A program made the position numbers and the translations under genes. From Candidatus Aenigmatarchaeota archaeon (GTDB lineage: Archaea; Aenigmatarchaeota; Aenigmatarchaeia; CG10238-14; SpSt-28), in assembly GCA_038997165.1 (NCBI GenBank), contig JAWBAK010000002.1:21542-85541 (forward strand): a DNA stretch of 64,000 nt. Reading direction: 5' to 3'. Under the pieces are notes generated by a model that saw nothing but the letters and a program-made list of their open reading frames with translations, was not told where the DNA came from and ran no database searches. Below are positions 37,029-47,799 of this stretch, piece after piece. The first letter of the stretch is position 1; each line of letters begins with the position of its first letter.

Positions 37029-39338
37029 ATGGACAAAAATGAATTAAGAAATTATTTTTCAAAAAATTGGCACGAATATTACTATTTAGATTTTTTTAAG
37101 GAATATGGTTTTAAAAGAAAGCAATGTATAAAATGTAAAAGATTTTTTTGGACTTTAGATGAAAATAGGAATACATGCAATGATTCTAGTTGCGATGGCT
37201 ATTCGTTTATTGGCAAAAAGATAGAAGATATTGATTATATTGAGGCATGGAAAAGAATTGAAAAATTTTTCATAAAAAATGGACATGAAAGTATAAGAAG
37301 ATATCCTGTAGTTGCTAGATGGTTTCCAGATTTATATTTTGTAGTAGCAAGTGTTGTAAATTTTTATAGAAAAGTTAATGGAAACATAGATTTTGAATTA
37401 CCTGCAGATAAAGTAATTGTTCCTCAATTTTGTTTAAGATTTAACGATCTAGAAAATGTCGGAATTACTGGTAGACATTATGTAAGTTTTGTAATGATTG
37501 GTCAACATACTATTCCAGAACAAAATGGATATTGGAAAGATGAAACAATTAGATTAGATTTCGAATTATTAACAAAAGAATTTAAAATAGATCCTATAGA
37601 AATAACATTTATAGAAGATGTTTGGATAGGTTCGCAAGCTTTTGGATATAGTTTAGAATATTTTGTTAGTGGATTAGAATTGGGAAATGCAGTATTTACA
37701 GAATTTGAATTTTATGGAAATTCATTTAGAAAACTTTCTAAAAGATTTGTAGATATGGGTGCTGGATTAGAAAGATTTCCTTGGCTATTAAGTGGAAAAC
37801 CTAATAGTTATTTAATAACTTTTGAACCAGTAATAAATTTTATTATAAAATCTGAAGGAATAAAATTTGATGATGATTTTCTTTTTAAATTCTATTATAA
37901 TGCCGGTTATTTTGATTTAACAGAAATAGATATAGAAGATTTTTATAAGAATATAAGTAACAAAATAGGATTAAATATAGAAGAAATAAAGAATAAAATA
38001 AATTTATATTCTTCAATATTTAGGATTGCAGATTTTAGTAGAGCACTATTATTAGCAATAAATGATGGGGCATTACCAAGTAATGTTGGTGGCGGATATA
38101 ATTTAAGAATAATTCTTAGAAAAATTCTAAAATATTATGAGCAAAATAAATTCAATTTTGATTTAATAAAAATTTTTGAAATTTTAGCAAATCAATTAGA
38201 ATATTTTGATAATACACTAAAAGAAAGCATTGATGTTATTCAAAAGGTTATTGAAGTTGAAAAGAAAAAGTATCAAAATACAAAACAACAAGCTATAAAA
38301 GTTGTAAAAAAAATTCTAAGTGAAAAAGGCAAATTAGAAAAAGATGATATAAGATTATTATACGAAAGTTTTGGAGTAAGGCCAGAATTTTTAGAAGAGG
38401 AATTAGGAATAAGAATTGATAAAAAGATTATTGAAGATATAAGAAAAAAAGAAGAAATTAGAATTGAAGAAAGAAAAATAAACGTTCCTAATATTGAAGT
38501 CAAGGAAATGTATTATGATGATATTTATGAATTCGAAGCAAAAATTGAAAAAATAATTGATAATTATATAATATTAGATAGAACAGCATTTTTTCCTACG
38601 CAAGGGGGCCAAAAATACGATACAGGATTTATAGAAAATTCTAAAGTTATAGAAGTAATTAAAGTTGGGAAAACAATATTACATAAAGTTGATAGCTTAG
38701 AAAATTTAAAAGAAGGACAAATAGTTAAATGTAAGATAGATGTAGAAAGAAGAAAGCAATTGACTATTCATCACGATTCTGCTCATATAATTTTGGCTGC
38801 TGCTAGAAAAGTTTTAGGAAAACATGTATGGCAAGCTGGTGCAGAAAAAGATGTAGATAAAGCTAGAATAGATATTACTCATTTTGAAAATTTAAATGAA
38901 AAACAAATCGAAGAAATAGAAAATTATGCGAATGAAATTGTTAATAAAAATTTAAAAATAGAGAAAGAGATTTTAGATAGAAGTGAAGCAGAAAAAAAGT
39001 ATGGATTTAAGATATATCAAGGAGGATACGTACCAGAAAAAAAGATTAGAATTGTTAAAATAGGAGATATTGATATAGAAGCGTGTAGTGGAACACATGG
39101 AAACAATACTAAAGAAATTGGATTAATAAAAATAATTTCTACTAAAAAAATCTCAGATGATATTATTAGAATAGAGTTTGTAGCTGGTGATGCTGCTATA
39201 AAATTTTTAAAAGAAAAAGAGAAAATCTTAGATGAAATATGTAACTTTTTAAATTGTTCATATGAAGAAGCAATCGAAAAAGTAAAGAATCTATTTAATT
39301 TATGGAAAGAAAGGAGAAAAAAATTAAATAATTTTTAG
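37029..39338 (+). CDS. alaS: Alanyl-tRNA synthetase lacking the C-Ala domain
   Basis: RYPVVARW, VGITGRH, DMGAGLER, HDSAH, EACSGTH; ends right after the post-editing helix. Confidence 0.95.
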   Translation: MDKNELRNYFSKNWHEYYYLDFFKEYGFKRKQCIKCKRFFWTLDENRNTCNDSSCDGYSFIGKKIEDIDYIEAWKRIEKFFIKNGHESIRRYPVVARWFPDLYFVVASVVNFYRKVNGNIDFELPADKVIVPQFCLRFNDLENVGITGRHYVSFVMIGQHTIPEQNGYWKDETIRLDFELLTKEFKIDPIEITFIEDVWIGSQAFGYSLEYFVSGLELGNAVFTEFEFYGNSFRKLSKRFVDMGAGLERFPWLLSGKPNSYLITFEPVINFIIKSEGIKFDDDFLFKFYYNAGYFDLTEIDIEDFYKNISNKIGLNIEEIKNKINLYSSIFRIADFSRALLLAINDGALPSNVGGGYNLRIILRKILKYYEQNKFNFDLIKIFEILANQLEYFDNTLKESIDVIQKVIEVEKKKYQNTKQQAIKVVKKILSEKGKLEKDDIRLLYESFGVRPEFLEEELGIRIDKKIIEDIRKKEEIRIEERKINVPNIEVKEMYYDDIYEFEAKIEKIIDNYIILDRTAFFPTQGGQKYDTGFIENSKVIEVIKVGKTILHKVDSLENLKEGQIVKCKIDVERRKQLTIHHDSAHIILAAARKVLGKHVWQAGAEKDVDKARIDITHFENLNEKQIEEIENYANEIVNKNLKIEKEILDRSEAEKKYGFKIYQGGYVPEKKIRIVKIGDIDIEACSGTHGNNTKEIGLIKIISTKKISDDIIRIEFVAGDAAIKFLKEKEKILDEICNFLNCSYEEAIEKVKNLFNLWKERRKKLNNF

Positions 39339-39431
39339 AATTTTTTTAACTTCAACAATTACTTTTTAATCATGCTTAAAATAAATTATTCTAATTTACA
39401 AAAATTTTTATTTTTCTTCCATATTATTTAA

Positions 39432-39563
39432 ATGGAAAACGAAATAGAAATTTTAATAAAAAAGTATAAAATACTTAAAGAAATTTCTAAATTTTTAAAA
39501 GTTGAAGACGAAAAAATTTTAAATACTTTAAAAAGATTTAGGAAAGAAATTGAAAATAGTTAG
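39432..39563 (+). CDS. 43-aa helical peptide resembling the AlaRS C-terminal helical hairpin (not in ORF track)
   Basis: MENEIEILIKKYKILKEISKFLKVEDEKILNTLKRFRKEIENS versus AlaRS KEKEKILDEICNFLNCSYEEAIEKVKNL. Confidence 0.55.
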   Translation: MENEIEILIKKYKILKEISKFLKVEDEKILNTLKRFRKEIENS

Positions 39564-39851
39564 TTTAATTAAATTTTTTATAGACTATAATGCTTTAAGA
39601 ATGTTATCTTGAAATATATAAATTTCGCTTGTTAATTCTGTAATTTTATAGAAGTGAGATTTAGTTTTTTCTAGCTTTTTAGATCTTTTTTTGTCTAAGA
39701 GTTTTTTAATTTTTTAAAATGTTTATGAATTAAATTTTTCAATATTTAAGAAAAATAAGCTTTTCGCTTCATTAACTTTTAGATTTTTCATTACTATTTG
39801 TATGTCTTGACTAATTCTATTAAATTTTTCAATAATTAAATCTAATAAACA

Positions 39852-39935
39852 TGCGGGGGGTGGGATTTGAACCCACGAAGGCACTAAGCCAACAGGTTCT
39901 GAGCCTGTCGCCTTTGACCGCTCGGCCACCCCCGC
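39852..39935 (-). tRNA. tRNA-Leu(CAG)
   Basis: GCGGGGGTGGCCGAGCGG...ACAGG-CTCAGAA-CCTGT, variable arm, GGTTCAAATCC. Confidence 0.96.
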
Positions 39936-40354
39936 CTATAAAAAATTAAAAATTTTAACTTAGAATTTTTGAAAACATATTCGCTATTTTTCAATAAATT
40001 TATATTCCAATTTTCATAGCATAATCAATTCTGAGAACTATTCTATTTCTAAAAGAAAAAGTAGTAATATCTGGATTTTTTCCTATATATTCTGTTATTT
40101 CTTTTCTGCTAAATCTCAAATTTTTAAACTACTCAAGAATATGTGGAAATCTATCAACGATTTTTTAATACCTTCATATGAACTGCAAGGAGAAAAATGT
40201 TGATACTTTTTTGACCTTCTAAAGAGTTTTTCTAATATTTTTTCCTTTACTTTTTTAAGAGGTATATTATTATTTTTGGTGGAATAATACTATTTGTAAA
40301 TCTTTTATAAACAAATTTATTCTTTACTTATAAATAGTAAATAAATTTATATAT

Positions 40355-42889
40355 TTATCCTAATAGGCATGTATTCCAACCACATTCTAAGCAATTTAAA
40401 CAATTTTCTCTAAAAACAATTAGATTACTCCCACAATTTGGGCATCTAAAAATTTTGTTTTCGATTTTTTTCGAAAAATCTTTTTCTTCTAATGATTTTA
40501 CTTCTACACTAAACGATTTTAGCATTTCTAATGTTTTTTCATTGTAAAAAATTTTTTTAATTGAATGTTTAAATTTATATACGGGTAATTTTGAACCTTC
40601 TCTAAATATTGTTATCCCTTTTAATCCTAGTTTATAAGCAAAATAAAATGCGTTTAAAATGTCTTTCCAAGAAGTTTCAAAAGGCATATTTATAGTTTTA
40701 CTTATTCCATTATCAACCCAAAAACTAAATTCGTATTGAGCTCTTAAATGATCTTGCCAAGGAATTTCGTAAGCAGTAACAAAATATTCTTTCATATCAT
40801 TTGGAATTTCCTCAATATTTTGAATGCTTCCACTTTCTGAAATTTTTTTAATTATTTCTTCTTTATATAATCCTCTTTCTTTTAATTGAATTTCTAATTC
40901 ATAATCAACATAATAAAACTTTCCTATACTAATTTCCTTTTCAAAAACTAAAGCAAATTGTGGTTCAATACTAGCTGAAGTATCTGCAATCATAGAAACA
41001 GTGCCAGTAGGTGCAATACTAATTAATGCAACATTTCTAATTCCATTTTTTACTTTTTCTTTTATTTCATTCCAGTTATAATATGTTTTTTCTAATTCAT
41101 ATACACCTCTAAATCCTAAAAATCCTTTAGAATGTAAGCTTTTTTCAAATTCTGGATAACTTCCTCTTTTTTCTGCTAACTCAATAGAAGTTAAAGTAGC
41201 GTAATAAGCTAAAGTTTCTGCAATTTTTCTCATAAATTCAAAACTTTCTTCGCTATTGTATCTAATTTTTAATGCAAACAAAGTTTCAGCTAATCCCATT
41301 ATTCCCAAACCAATTCTTCTTAGTTTTTTTGTTTTCTCTTCAATTTCCTTTAAAGGAAAAATGTTTACATCGATAACATTATCTAAAAATCTAGTCGCAA
41401 TTTTAATTGTTTGAACAAATTCATTCCAATCAAAATAAGTTTTATCATTTTCTCTTCTAATAAACGCATATAAATTTATTGAACCTAAATTGCAACTTTC
41501 ATAAGGATATTGTGGAACTTCTCCACAAGGATTTGTTGCTCTAATTAATCCATAGGATTTTTTCATCACATTATACTTATTAATGTTTTCTAAAAAAAGT
41601 ACTCCAGGCTCCGCAGAATTCCATGCATTTTTTGCAATTTCAATAAATAAATCTCTTGCATTAATTTTTTTCCAAATTTTTCCATCTCTAGGATTAATTA
41701 ATTCAAACTCTTCATTATTTTCAAAAGCTTTAATAAATTTTTCATTAATTAAAACAGAAATATTAAAGTTTTCTAAAAAACCTTCTTTATTTTTTGAAGA
41801 AATAAATTTTTCTATATCTGGATGCCATATTTCTAAAATTCCCATATTTGCTCCTCTTCTTTTTCCACCACTTTTAATTACATTTGTTAAAGTATCTATT
41901 AATTGCATAAAAGAAATTGGTCCGCTTGCATTTCCATAAGTACTTTTAATAATATCACCTTCTGGCCTAATTTTTGAATAATTTACTCCTACTCCTCCAC
42001 CACTTTTAAAAATTAATGCAATATTTTTTGCTAAATTCATTATACTTTCTATACTATCTTCAACGTCTAAAACAAAACAAGCACTTAACATTCCTAATTT
42101 AGTACCTGCATTGAATAATGTAGGAGAATTTGGGAAAAATTTTTTATATGCCATTAGATTAAAATATTCTAAAAAATTTTCGTAATATTTATCAAATTCT
42201 CCATTTTCTAACATTTTTAAAAATTCGCTCCAACTAACTTTCATCTTTTGTTTAGAGTTTAATTCGTCATACAAAGCTTTCATTCTTTCTAAATGATATT
42301 TATTCCAAAAAACTTTTTTTGCTAAAGAAATTTTTCCTTCAAAATTTTCTGCATTAAATTCTTCATATTCATGAACTTTTTGTTTACCATTTTTATCAAA
42401 AATCTTTTCATCGTATAATATATCAGGTATTACTATTAATGCAGCAACTCTTTCAAATAATTGTTTTGGTGTTTCAATTATTTTGCCATTTTCATCTCTT
42501 AATAAATATCTTGATGCAAGAACTCTTAAAGCATTAATGGAGAATCTTTTATCGATTTCATCTAAAAATTCTTTATTTAGTATCTTTTTCTTTTCTTCTC
42601 TTATTTTTTCTCTTTCTTTTCTATATAAAATAAAAGCTTTAGCAGTTTCATATAGATTATTTTCTATTAAAACTTGCTCAATAATGTCTTGAATTTCTTC
42701 TACGTGCGGATATTTATCTTTAAATTTTTGAGATATTTTGCTTAATACTTGGTTAAGTAAATTTTTTAATAAATTTTCTTCAAATTTATTACTTGCAATC
42801 AAAGCTTTTTTGATTGCATTTTCAATTTTTTCTATTTTAAAATCTTGCAAATAATTTTCTCTTTTTATAACTTTTGAGGGTAAGTTCAT
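40355..42889 (-). CDS. nrdJ: Class II (adenosylcobalamin-dependent) ribonucleotide reductase with ATP cone
   Basis: ATP cone, [41 protein letters not shown]-terminal Zn ribbon. Confidence 0.95.
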   Translation of the reverse strand: MNLPSKVIKRENYLQDFKIEKIENAIKKALIASNKFEENLLKNLLNQVLSKISQKFKDKYPHVEEIQDIIEQVLIENNLYETAKAFILYRKEREKIREEKKKILNKEFLDEIDKRFSINALRVLASRYLLRDENGKIIETPKQLFERVAALIVIPDILYDEKIFDKNGKQKVHEYEEFNAENFEGKISLAKKVFWNKYHLERMKALYDELNSKQKMKVSWSEFLKMLENGEFDKYYENFLEYFNLMAYKKFFPNSPTLFNAGTKLGMLSACFVLDVEDSIESIMNLAKNIALIFKSGGGVGVNYSKIRPEGDIIKSTYGNASGPISFMQLIDTLTNVIKSGGKRRGANMGILEIWHPDIEKFISSKNKEGFLENFNISVLINEKFIKAFENNEEFELINPRDGKIWKKINARDLFIEIAKNAWNSAEPGVLFLENINKYNVMKKSYGLIRATNPCGEVPQYPYESCNLGSINLYAFIRRENDKTYFDWNEFVQTIKIATRFLDNVIDVNIFPLKEIEEKTKKLRRIGLGIMGLAETLFALKIRYNSEESFEFMRKIAETLAYYATLTSIELAEKRGSYPEFEKSLHSKGFLGFRGVYELEKTYYNWNEIKEKVKNGIRNVALISIAPTGTVSMIADTSASIEPQFALVFEKEISIGKFYYVDYELEIQLKERGLYKEEIIKKISESGSIQNIEEIPNDMKEYFVTAYEIPWQDHLRAQYEFSFWVDNGISKTINMPFETSWKDILNAFYFAYKLGLKGITIFREGSKLPVYKFKHSIKKIFYNEKTLEMLKSFSVEVKSLEEKDFSKKIENKIFRCPNCGSNLIVFRENCLNCLECGWNTCLLG

Positions 42890-42913
42890 AAAAATAATTT
42901 TGATATTATTTTT

Positions 42914-43189
42914 ATGAATTCTATAATTGCTGTAAAAATGAAATTATATGGAAAAGTTCAAAAAGTAGGATTTAGATTCTTTTTATCTAAGCATGCAGAA
43001 AGATTAGGAATAAAAGGTTATGCAAAAAATTTAGAGGATGGTTCTTTAGAATGTCATTTTGAAGGTAATGAAGAAAAAGTTAGAGAAATAATAGAACTTG
43101 CAAAAAAAGGACCACCACTTGCAAAAGTTAAGAAATATGAAATTTATAAAACTGATATAAAAAATTTTGAATCGTTTGAAATCTATTAA
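42914..43189 (+). CDS. acyP: Acylphosphatase
   Basis: GKVQKVGFR...GYAKNLEDGS...GPPLAKV. Confidence 0.95.
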   Translation: MNSIIAVKMKLYGKVQKVGFRFFLSKHAERLGIKGYAKNLEDGSLECHFEGNEEKVREIIELAKKGPPLAKVKKYEIYKTDIKNFESFEIY

Positions 43190-43197
43190 AAATTTAA

Positions 43198-44673
43198 ATG
43201 TTTACAATAAAAGAAAGAGATTTAGCGGGAAGAATCGGAACTTTAAAATTAAAAAATGGAGAAAAAATAGAAACACCATATTTGTTTCCTGTAGTAAATT
43301 TTTTTCATTCAGAAGTTTCTTTAGACGATATAAAAAAAGCTGGATTCGATGCAATATTAGTTAATGCATACATCCTATTGAAGCACAATTTTGATAAAGA
43401 AATTCACGAATATACAAAATTTAAAAAAGTAATGAGCGATAGTGGAGCTTATCAGCTATTACAATATGGAGATATAGATGTTAGTAACGAAGAAATAATA
43501 GAATATCAAAAAAAGATAAATACAGATATTAGCGTTATATTAGATTATCCAACAGGTAAATTAAATTATGAAAATGCAAAATTTACTGTTGAAGAAACAA
43601 TAAAAAGAGCTAAAGAGGCAAAAAATTTAATAGATGATAAAAGATTGTGGGTTTATCCAATTCAAGGAGGGAGTTTTGAAGATCTTTTAGAAAAAAGTAT
43701 TATTGAGGGAATAAAATTGGATTATGATATTTATGCAATTGGAAGTCCAACAGTATTAATGACTGAATATAAATATGAAGAATTGTTTAAAATAATTTTA
43801 AAAGTAAAATCATTATTACCATTTAATAAGCCTGCTCATTTATTTGGTGCTGGTCATGCGCATTTAATTCCGTTTGCAGTAGCTATGGGAATTGATTTAT
43901 TTGATAGTGCTAGTTATATTCTATTTGCAAGAGATTTAAGATATATGAGTTTTAATAGAACTTATGATTTTAATGAATTAAAATTTTTGCCATGCAATTG
44001 TGAAGTTTGTAGAAAATATTCTATAGAAGAATTAAGAGAAATTAATAAAAATGAATTAATAAGATTGTTAGCAATTCATAATTTATACGTTATTAAAAAA
44101 GAATTGGAAAATACAAAGCAAGCAATAATAGAGGGAAGATTATGGGAATATTTAAGAGAAAAATCTTTTTCTCATCCATCGCTATATAAGGCATTTAGAA
44201 TTTTTGAAAATTATAAAAAATATTTTACGGAACATTCGAATTTTTTTAAAATTTTTCAAAAAGCAATTTTTCTTTACGATTCATTTGATTTAAATAACCC
44301 AAAAGTTATTATTGTTAGAGAAAAGTTAAAAGAAATGAACAAAGATACTAAAGAAAAAATTCTATTATTTCCGTATTTGGTTTGGAAGAAAAATGAAAAT
44401 ATTTTTCTGAAATTTAAAGAAAAATATAAGAATTTTGAAATATATTTCTATTGTCCATATTTTGGAATATTTAAATATAGCTTAAGATTTACTTATCCAT
44501 TCTTTCAAAGCGAAATGAGCGAAATTTATGACGAAAAACTTTTTCAAGATTTAAGCAATGAAATAAATTCTTTCTTAGAAAATAGAAAAATAAAGCAAGC
44601 TATTATAGTAATTCCGAAAGGTTATGTATTAAAAATAAAGTCGAGAGATAATTTATTAAAGATTTTCGTCTAA
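43198..44673 (+). CDS. tgtA: Archaeosine tRNA-guanine(15) transglycosylase lacking the PUA domain
   Basis: DLAGRIG, ETP..FPV, SDSGAYQ, HLFGAGH, DLFDSASY, CNCEVC, HNL. Confidence 0.92.
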   Translation: MFTIKERDLAGRIGTLKLKNGEKIETPYLFPVVNFFHSEVSLDDIKKAGFDAILVNAYILLKHNFDKEIHEYTKFKKVMSDSGAYQLLQYGDIDVSNEEIIEYQKKINTDISVILDYPTGKLNYENAKFTVEETIKRAKEAKNLIDDKRLWVYPIQGGSFEDLLEKSIIEGIKLDYDIYAIGSPTVLMTEYKYEELFKIILKVKSLLPFNKPAHLFGAGHAHLIPFAVAMGIDLFDSASYILFARDLRYMSFNRTYDFNELKFLPCNCEVCRKYSIEELREINKNELIRLLAIHNLYVIKKELENTKQAIIEGRLWEYLREKSFSHPSLYKAFRIFENYKKYFTEHSNFFKIFQKAIFLYDSFDLNNPKVIIVREKLKEMNKDTKEKILLFPYLVWKKNENIFLKFKEKYKNFEIYFYCPYFGIFKYSLRFTYPFFQSEMSEIYDEKLFQDLSNEINSFLENRKIKQAIIVIPKGYVLKIKSRDNLLKIFV

Positions 44674-44679
44674 ATTTAT

Positions 44680-45921
44680 ATGGTATCGATGCTAGAAAAT
44701 GTAATAAAAATATATAAAAGAGGAATAGAATTAAATAATTATCCAAAAGAATTTGAAGACCTTATACTAAAACCTCAAAGAATTCTAAAAGTTTCTTTGC
44801 CTATAAAAACGTCAAAAGGATTAAAAGTTTTTGAAGCATACAGAGTTCAACATAATAATTTTTTAGGACCATATAAAGGAGGAATTAGATATTATGAAAA
44901 TGTTACATTAGAAGATGATATTGCTTTAGCAATGATAATGACACTAAAAAATAGTTTAAATAATTTACCATATGGAGGAGCAAAGGGTGCAATAAAAGTT
45001 AATCCAAAAGAATTAAGTATCGAAGAGTTAGAAAAGCTAAGTAGAGAATATATAAGAGCAATTAGTATAATAATAGGAAAAGAAATAGATATTCCAGCTC
45101 CAGATTTAGGAACAAGTTCTCAAATAATGGCTTGGATGATAGATGAACTATCTAAAATAGAAGGTTTCAATTCATTCGCTACAATAACTTCTAAACCATT
45201 AGAATTATTTGGAAATCCAATAAGAGAATATGCTACAGGTTATGGAGTAGCCTTTATTTCTAAATTAATTGGAGAAAAAATCTTAGATGGTATAGAAAAT
45301 AAAAGAATTTCGATTCAAGGATTTGGAAATGTTGGTAAATGGAGTGCATATTGGTTAGAAAAGTTCGGTGCTAAAATTGTTGCCATTTCAGATTCTTCAG
45401 GAACAATATATAATGAAAATGGTTTAAATATAGAAGAGGTTGAAAAAATAAAAATGAAAACAAATAAAGTAATAGAATATAAAGATTGTAAAAAAATAGA
45501 GGATCCAAATTATTCTTTGTATGTTGATTGTGATATATTAATTCCTGCAGCTATAGAAAATGTAATTACTCTTAACAATTTTAACAAAATTAAGGCTAAA
45601 ATAATAGTGGAAGCTGCTAATAATCCGACTCAATATGAAGCAGAAAAAGAATTATTAAACAAAGAAGTTTATATTGTTCCAGATATCTTAGCAAATTCTG
45701 GTGGAGTTATTGCTTCTTATTTAGAATGGATTCAAAATTTGAATTGGTATTTTTGGGATGAAGAAAAAAATAAAAAAGAATTAGAAAAAATTATGAAAAA
45801 TTCTTTTGAAAAAGTTTTTAACAAATTTGAAAAAGAGAGTTTAAGAAGTTTAAGAGATGCTGCTATCTCTCTATCGTTAGAAAGGCTGTATAAAGTAGCA
45901 AAAATAAGGGGCTATATTTAG
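44680..45921 (+). CDS. gdhA: Glutamate dehydrogenase
   Basis: GPYKGGIRY, LPYGGAKG, DIPAPD, QGFGNVG, PDILANSGGV. Confidence 0.96.
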   Translation: MVSMLENVIKIYKRGIELNNYPKEFEDLILKPQRILKVSLPIKTSKGLKVFEAYRVQHNNFLGPYKGGIRYYENVTLEDDIALAMIMTLKNSLNNLPYGGAKGAIKVNPKELSIEELEKLSREYIRAISIIIGKEIDIPAPDLGTSSQIMAWMIDELSKIEGFNSFATITSKPLELFGNPIREYATGYGVAFISKLIGEKILDGIENKRISIQGFGNVGKWSAYWLEKFGAKIVAISDSSGTIYNENGLNIEEVEKIKMKTNKVIEYKDCKKIEDPNYSLYVDCDILIPAAIENVITLNNFNKIKAKIIVEAANNPTQYEAEKELLNKEVYIVPDILANSGGVIASYLEWIQNLNWYFWDEEKNKKELEKIMKNSFEKVFNKFEKESLRSLRDAAISLSLERLYKVAKIRGYI

Positions 45922-45935
45922 ATTTATCTTATTCA

Positions 45936-47768
45936 TTAAATAAATGCCTCAATTTTCTCCTTTTTAACTATAGCTTTTAGAATTTCTTTTCCAAATTCAC
46001 TTTCTTTATTTAATTTTATTGTGTTATCTTTTCCAATATTTGCTGAAAACAAAAAGTTTCCACTAATGTAAAATTTCACTGCTTTACCAACTAAGTTTTC
46101 GAAAAATTTAAATACTATAGAATTTCCAGTTTCAGAAATTAGGAAATCAACTTTTTTTCCTAAAGATGGTGTTTTTGGTTCTACATCTATGGAAATTCCC
46201 AAAATCTCTTCTAATTTTTTTATTGTTTTTCCTTCTTTTCCAATAATTTTTGGAAGAACTTCGTTATCAACTTTTATTAATACTTTATTTTCGTTTAATA
46301 TTTCTATTTCAGCATTCTTATCAAACCTATCAATAAATTCTTTAATTCTTTGCTTAGCTAATTCATATATAGCATTTTTTCTTTTTTCTTCTTCTATTGG
46401 AACAACAACGTTTTCTTCTCCAAAGGTATAAATTTCATATTCTAACTTACCACTTTCAAAATCTCTAACTTCAACTACAGGCCTAGCTAAGTCTTCTTCA
46501 GTCATACCTGTAGGAACTTTAACTTTAATTTCTAAGGTTAAAATTTTTTTAATTTCTCCATCTTTTATAAAGATTATTGTATCAACTATATGTGGTAACA
46601 TTCCTAATTCATATCTACTTAAAAATCTTTGAATAGCATCTATTGCATCGCTTGCATGTACAACTCCTATCATTCCTATACCAGCTAATCTTAAATCAGC
46701 AAATATTTCAAAATCTTTTGTTTTTCTTATTTCATCAAAAGCAACATAATCTGGTCTAACTAATAATAAAATATCTGCAGTTTTTTCAAATGAATTTTCT
46801 AGAGGACCATATTGAGTAACTTCCTTAGGAACTTGTAAATCTCTAGGACTTTCTAAAGTTTTTACTATTTTTCCTTTTTTTAGGTAAAATTCTATTAAAG
46901 AGCTACAAAAAGTAGATTTGCCAGATCCAGGAGGTCCACAAATTATTATTCCTTCTGCTTTTTTTTCTAATCTTTCTATTAATTTTTTACTAGGTTTATA
47001 ATCTTCCAAACTTAATTTAACTATTGGTTTTACTATTGTAATTTCATATGAACTAGAAAATGGTGGCTTAGCAATAGCAATTCTATAATTTCTCATTTGA
47101 ATTACAATAGCATTTTCTCTTACTATTTCAAAGTAGGAATTTTCATCTCTTCTTGCAAATTCTATAATTTCTTTTATCATTTCTTCAATTTCTTCTCTAC
47201 TCATTACTTCTTCTCTTAATTTAACTAAACTCCAATTTCCCGGTTTTCCTTTTTTTGCATATGGACTAACATTTTCTTTTAAATGAATACTTAATGTTTC
47301 TTCGTCGAAAAAACTTTCAAATTTTAATTTTTCTTTAAGAGAAATTTCTGGAGCAATATAAATTACTTTTGTACCTTCTGCTTCAGCTACTAGTGCTTGA
47401 ATATAATCAGAAGTTAATAAATATGCATTTTCTCTTTTTGCAACATCTCTAATTAATGCATCAATTCTACCACCTCTAGCTAATTTAATATCTTCTAGAC
47501 TAGGTCTTTCTCCTACAAATTTAATTAATATATTTTTTGCTTCAGCCTTTTCTCTAATTTCCTTTATTTCGTTTAATCCAATAATTCCTTCTTTTCTTCC
47601 TTTCGATGCTTGATTTTGTAATTCATCCAAAGAAGGAATTGGAATAATTATTTCTTTTAAATTTTTAAATTTATCAAAATTTTGACTTACAAATTTATCA
47701 ATAATTATAGAAGTATCTAAGCAAATCTTTTCAACAATTTCAATTTTTTTAATAATTTCGTCTTCCAT
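45936..47768 (-). CDS. PIN-domain ATPase with KH domain (PINA family)
   Basis: PIN (LDTS), GPPGSGKST, ESPRDL, DEIR, GVVHA, KH (IIGKEGKTI). Confidence 0.93.
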   Translation of the reverse strand: MEDEIIKKIEIVEKICLDTSIIIDKFVSQNFDKFKNLKEIIIPIPSLDELQNQASKGRKEGIIGLNEIKEIREKAEAKNILIKFVGERPSLEDIKLARGGRIDALIRDVAKRENAYLLTSDYIQALVAEAEGTKVIYIAPEISLKEKLKFESFFDEETLSIHLKENVSPYAKKGKPGNWSLVKLREEVMSREEIEEMIKEIIEFARRDENSYFEIVRENAIVIQMRNYRIAIAKPPFSSSYEITIVKPIVKLSLEDYKPSKKLIERLEKKAEGIIICGPPGSGKSTFCSSLIEFYLKKGKIVKTLESPRDLQVPKEVTQYGPLENSFEKTADILLLVRPDYVAFDEIRKTKDFEIFADLRLAGIGMIGVVHASDAIDAIQRFLSRYELGMLPHIVDTIIFIKDGEIKKILTLEIKVKVPTGMTEEDLARPVVEVRDFESGKLEYEIYTFGEENVVVPIEEEKRKNAIYELAKQRIKEFIDRFDKNAEIEILNENKVLIKVDNEVLPKIIGKEGKTIKKLEEILGISIDVEPKTPSLGKKVDFLISETGNSIVFKFFENLVGKAVKFYISGNFLFSANIGKDNTIKLNKESEFGKEILKAIVKKEKIEAFI

Positions 47769-47799
47769 AAGAAATTGATAATAAGAATTTAAATAATCC

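Noticed and set aside
39723..39929. 68-aa ORF
   Set aside because: It is a translation through tRNA-Leu.
23099..42889. Inteins in aIF5B, Cdc6 or RNR
   Set aside because: Protein lengths are normal, and no C/S...HN splice motifs or LAGLIDADG blocks were seen.
45936..47768. PilT/PilB motor of the pilus locus
   Set aside because: The PIN-ATPase-KH architecture is the conserved archaeal PINA family, not a pilus motor.
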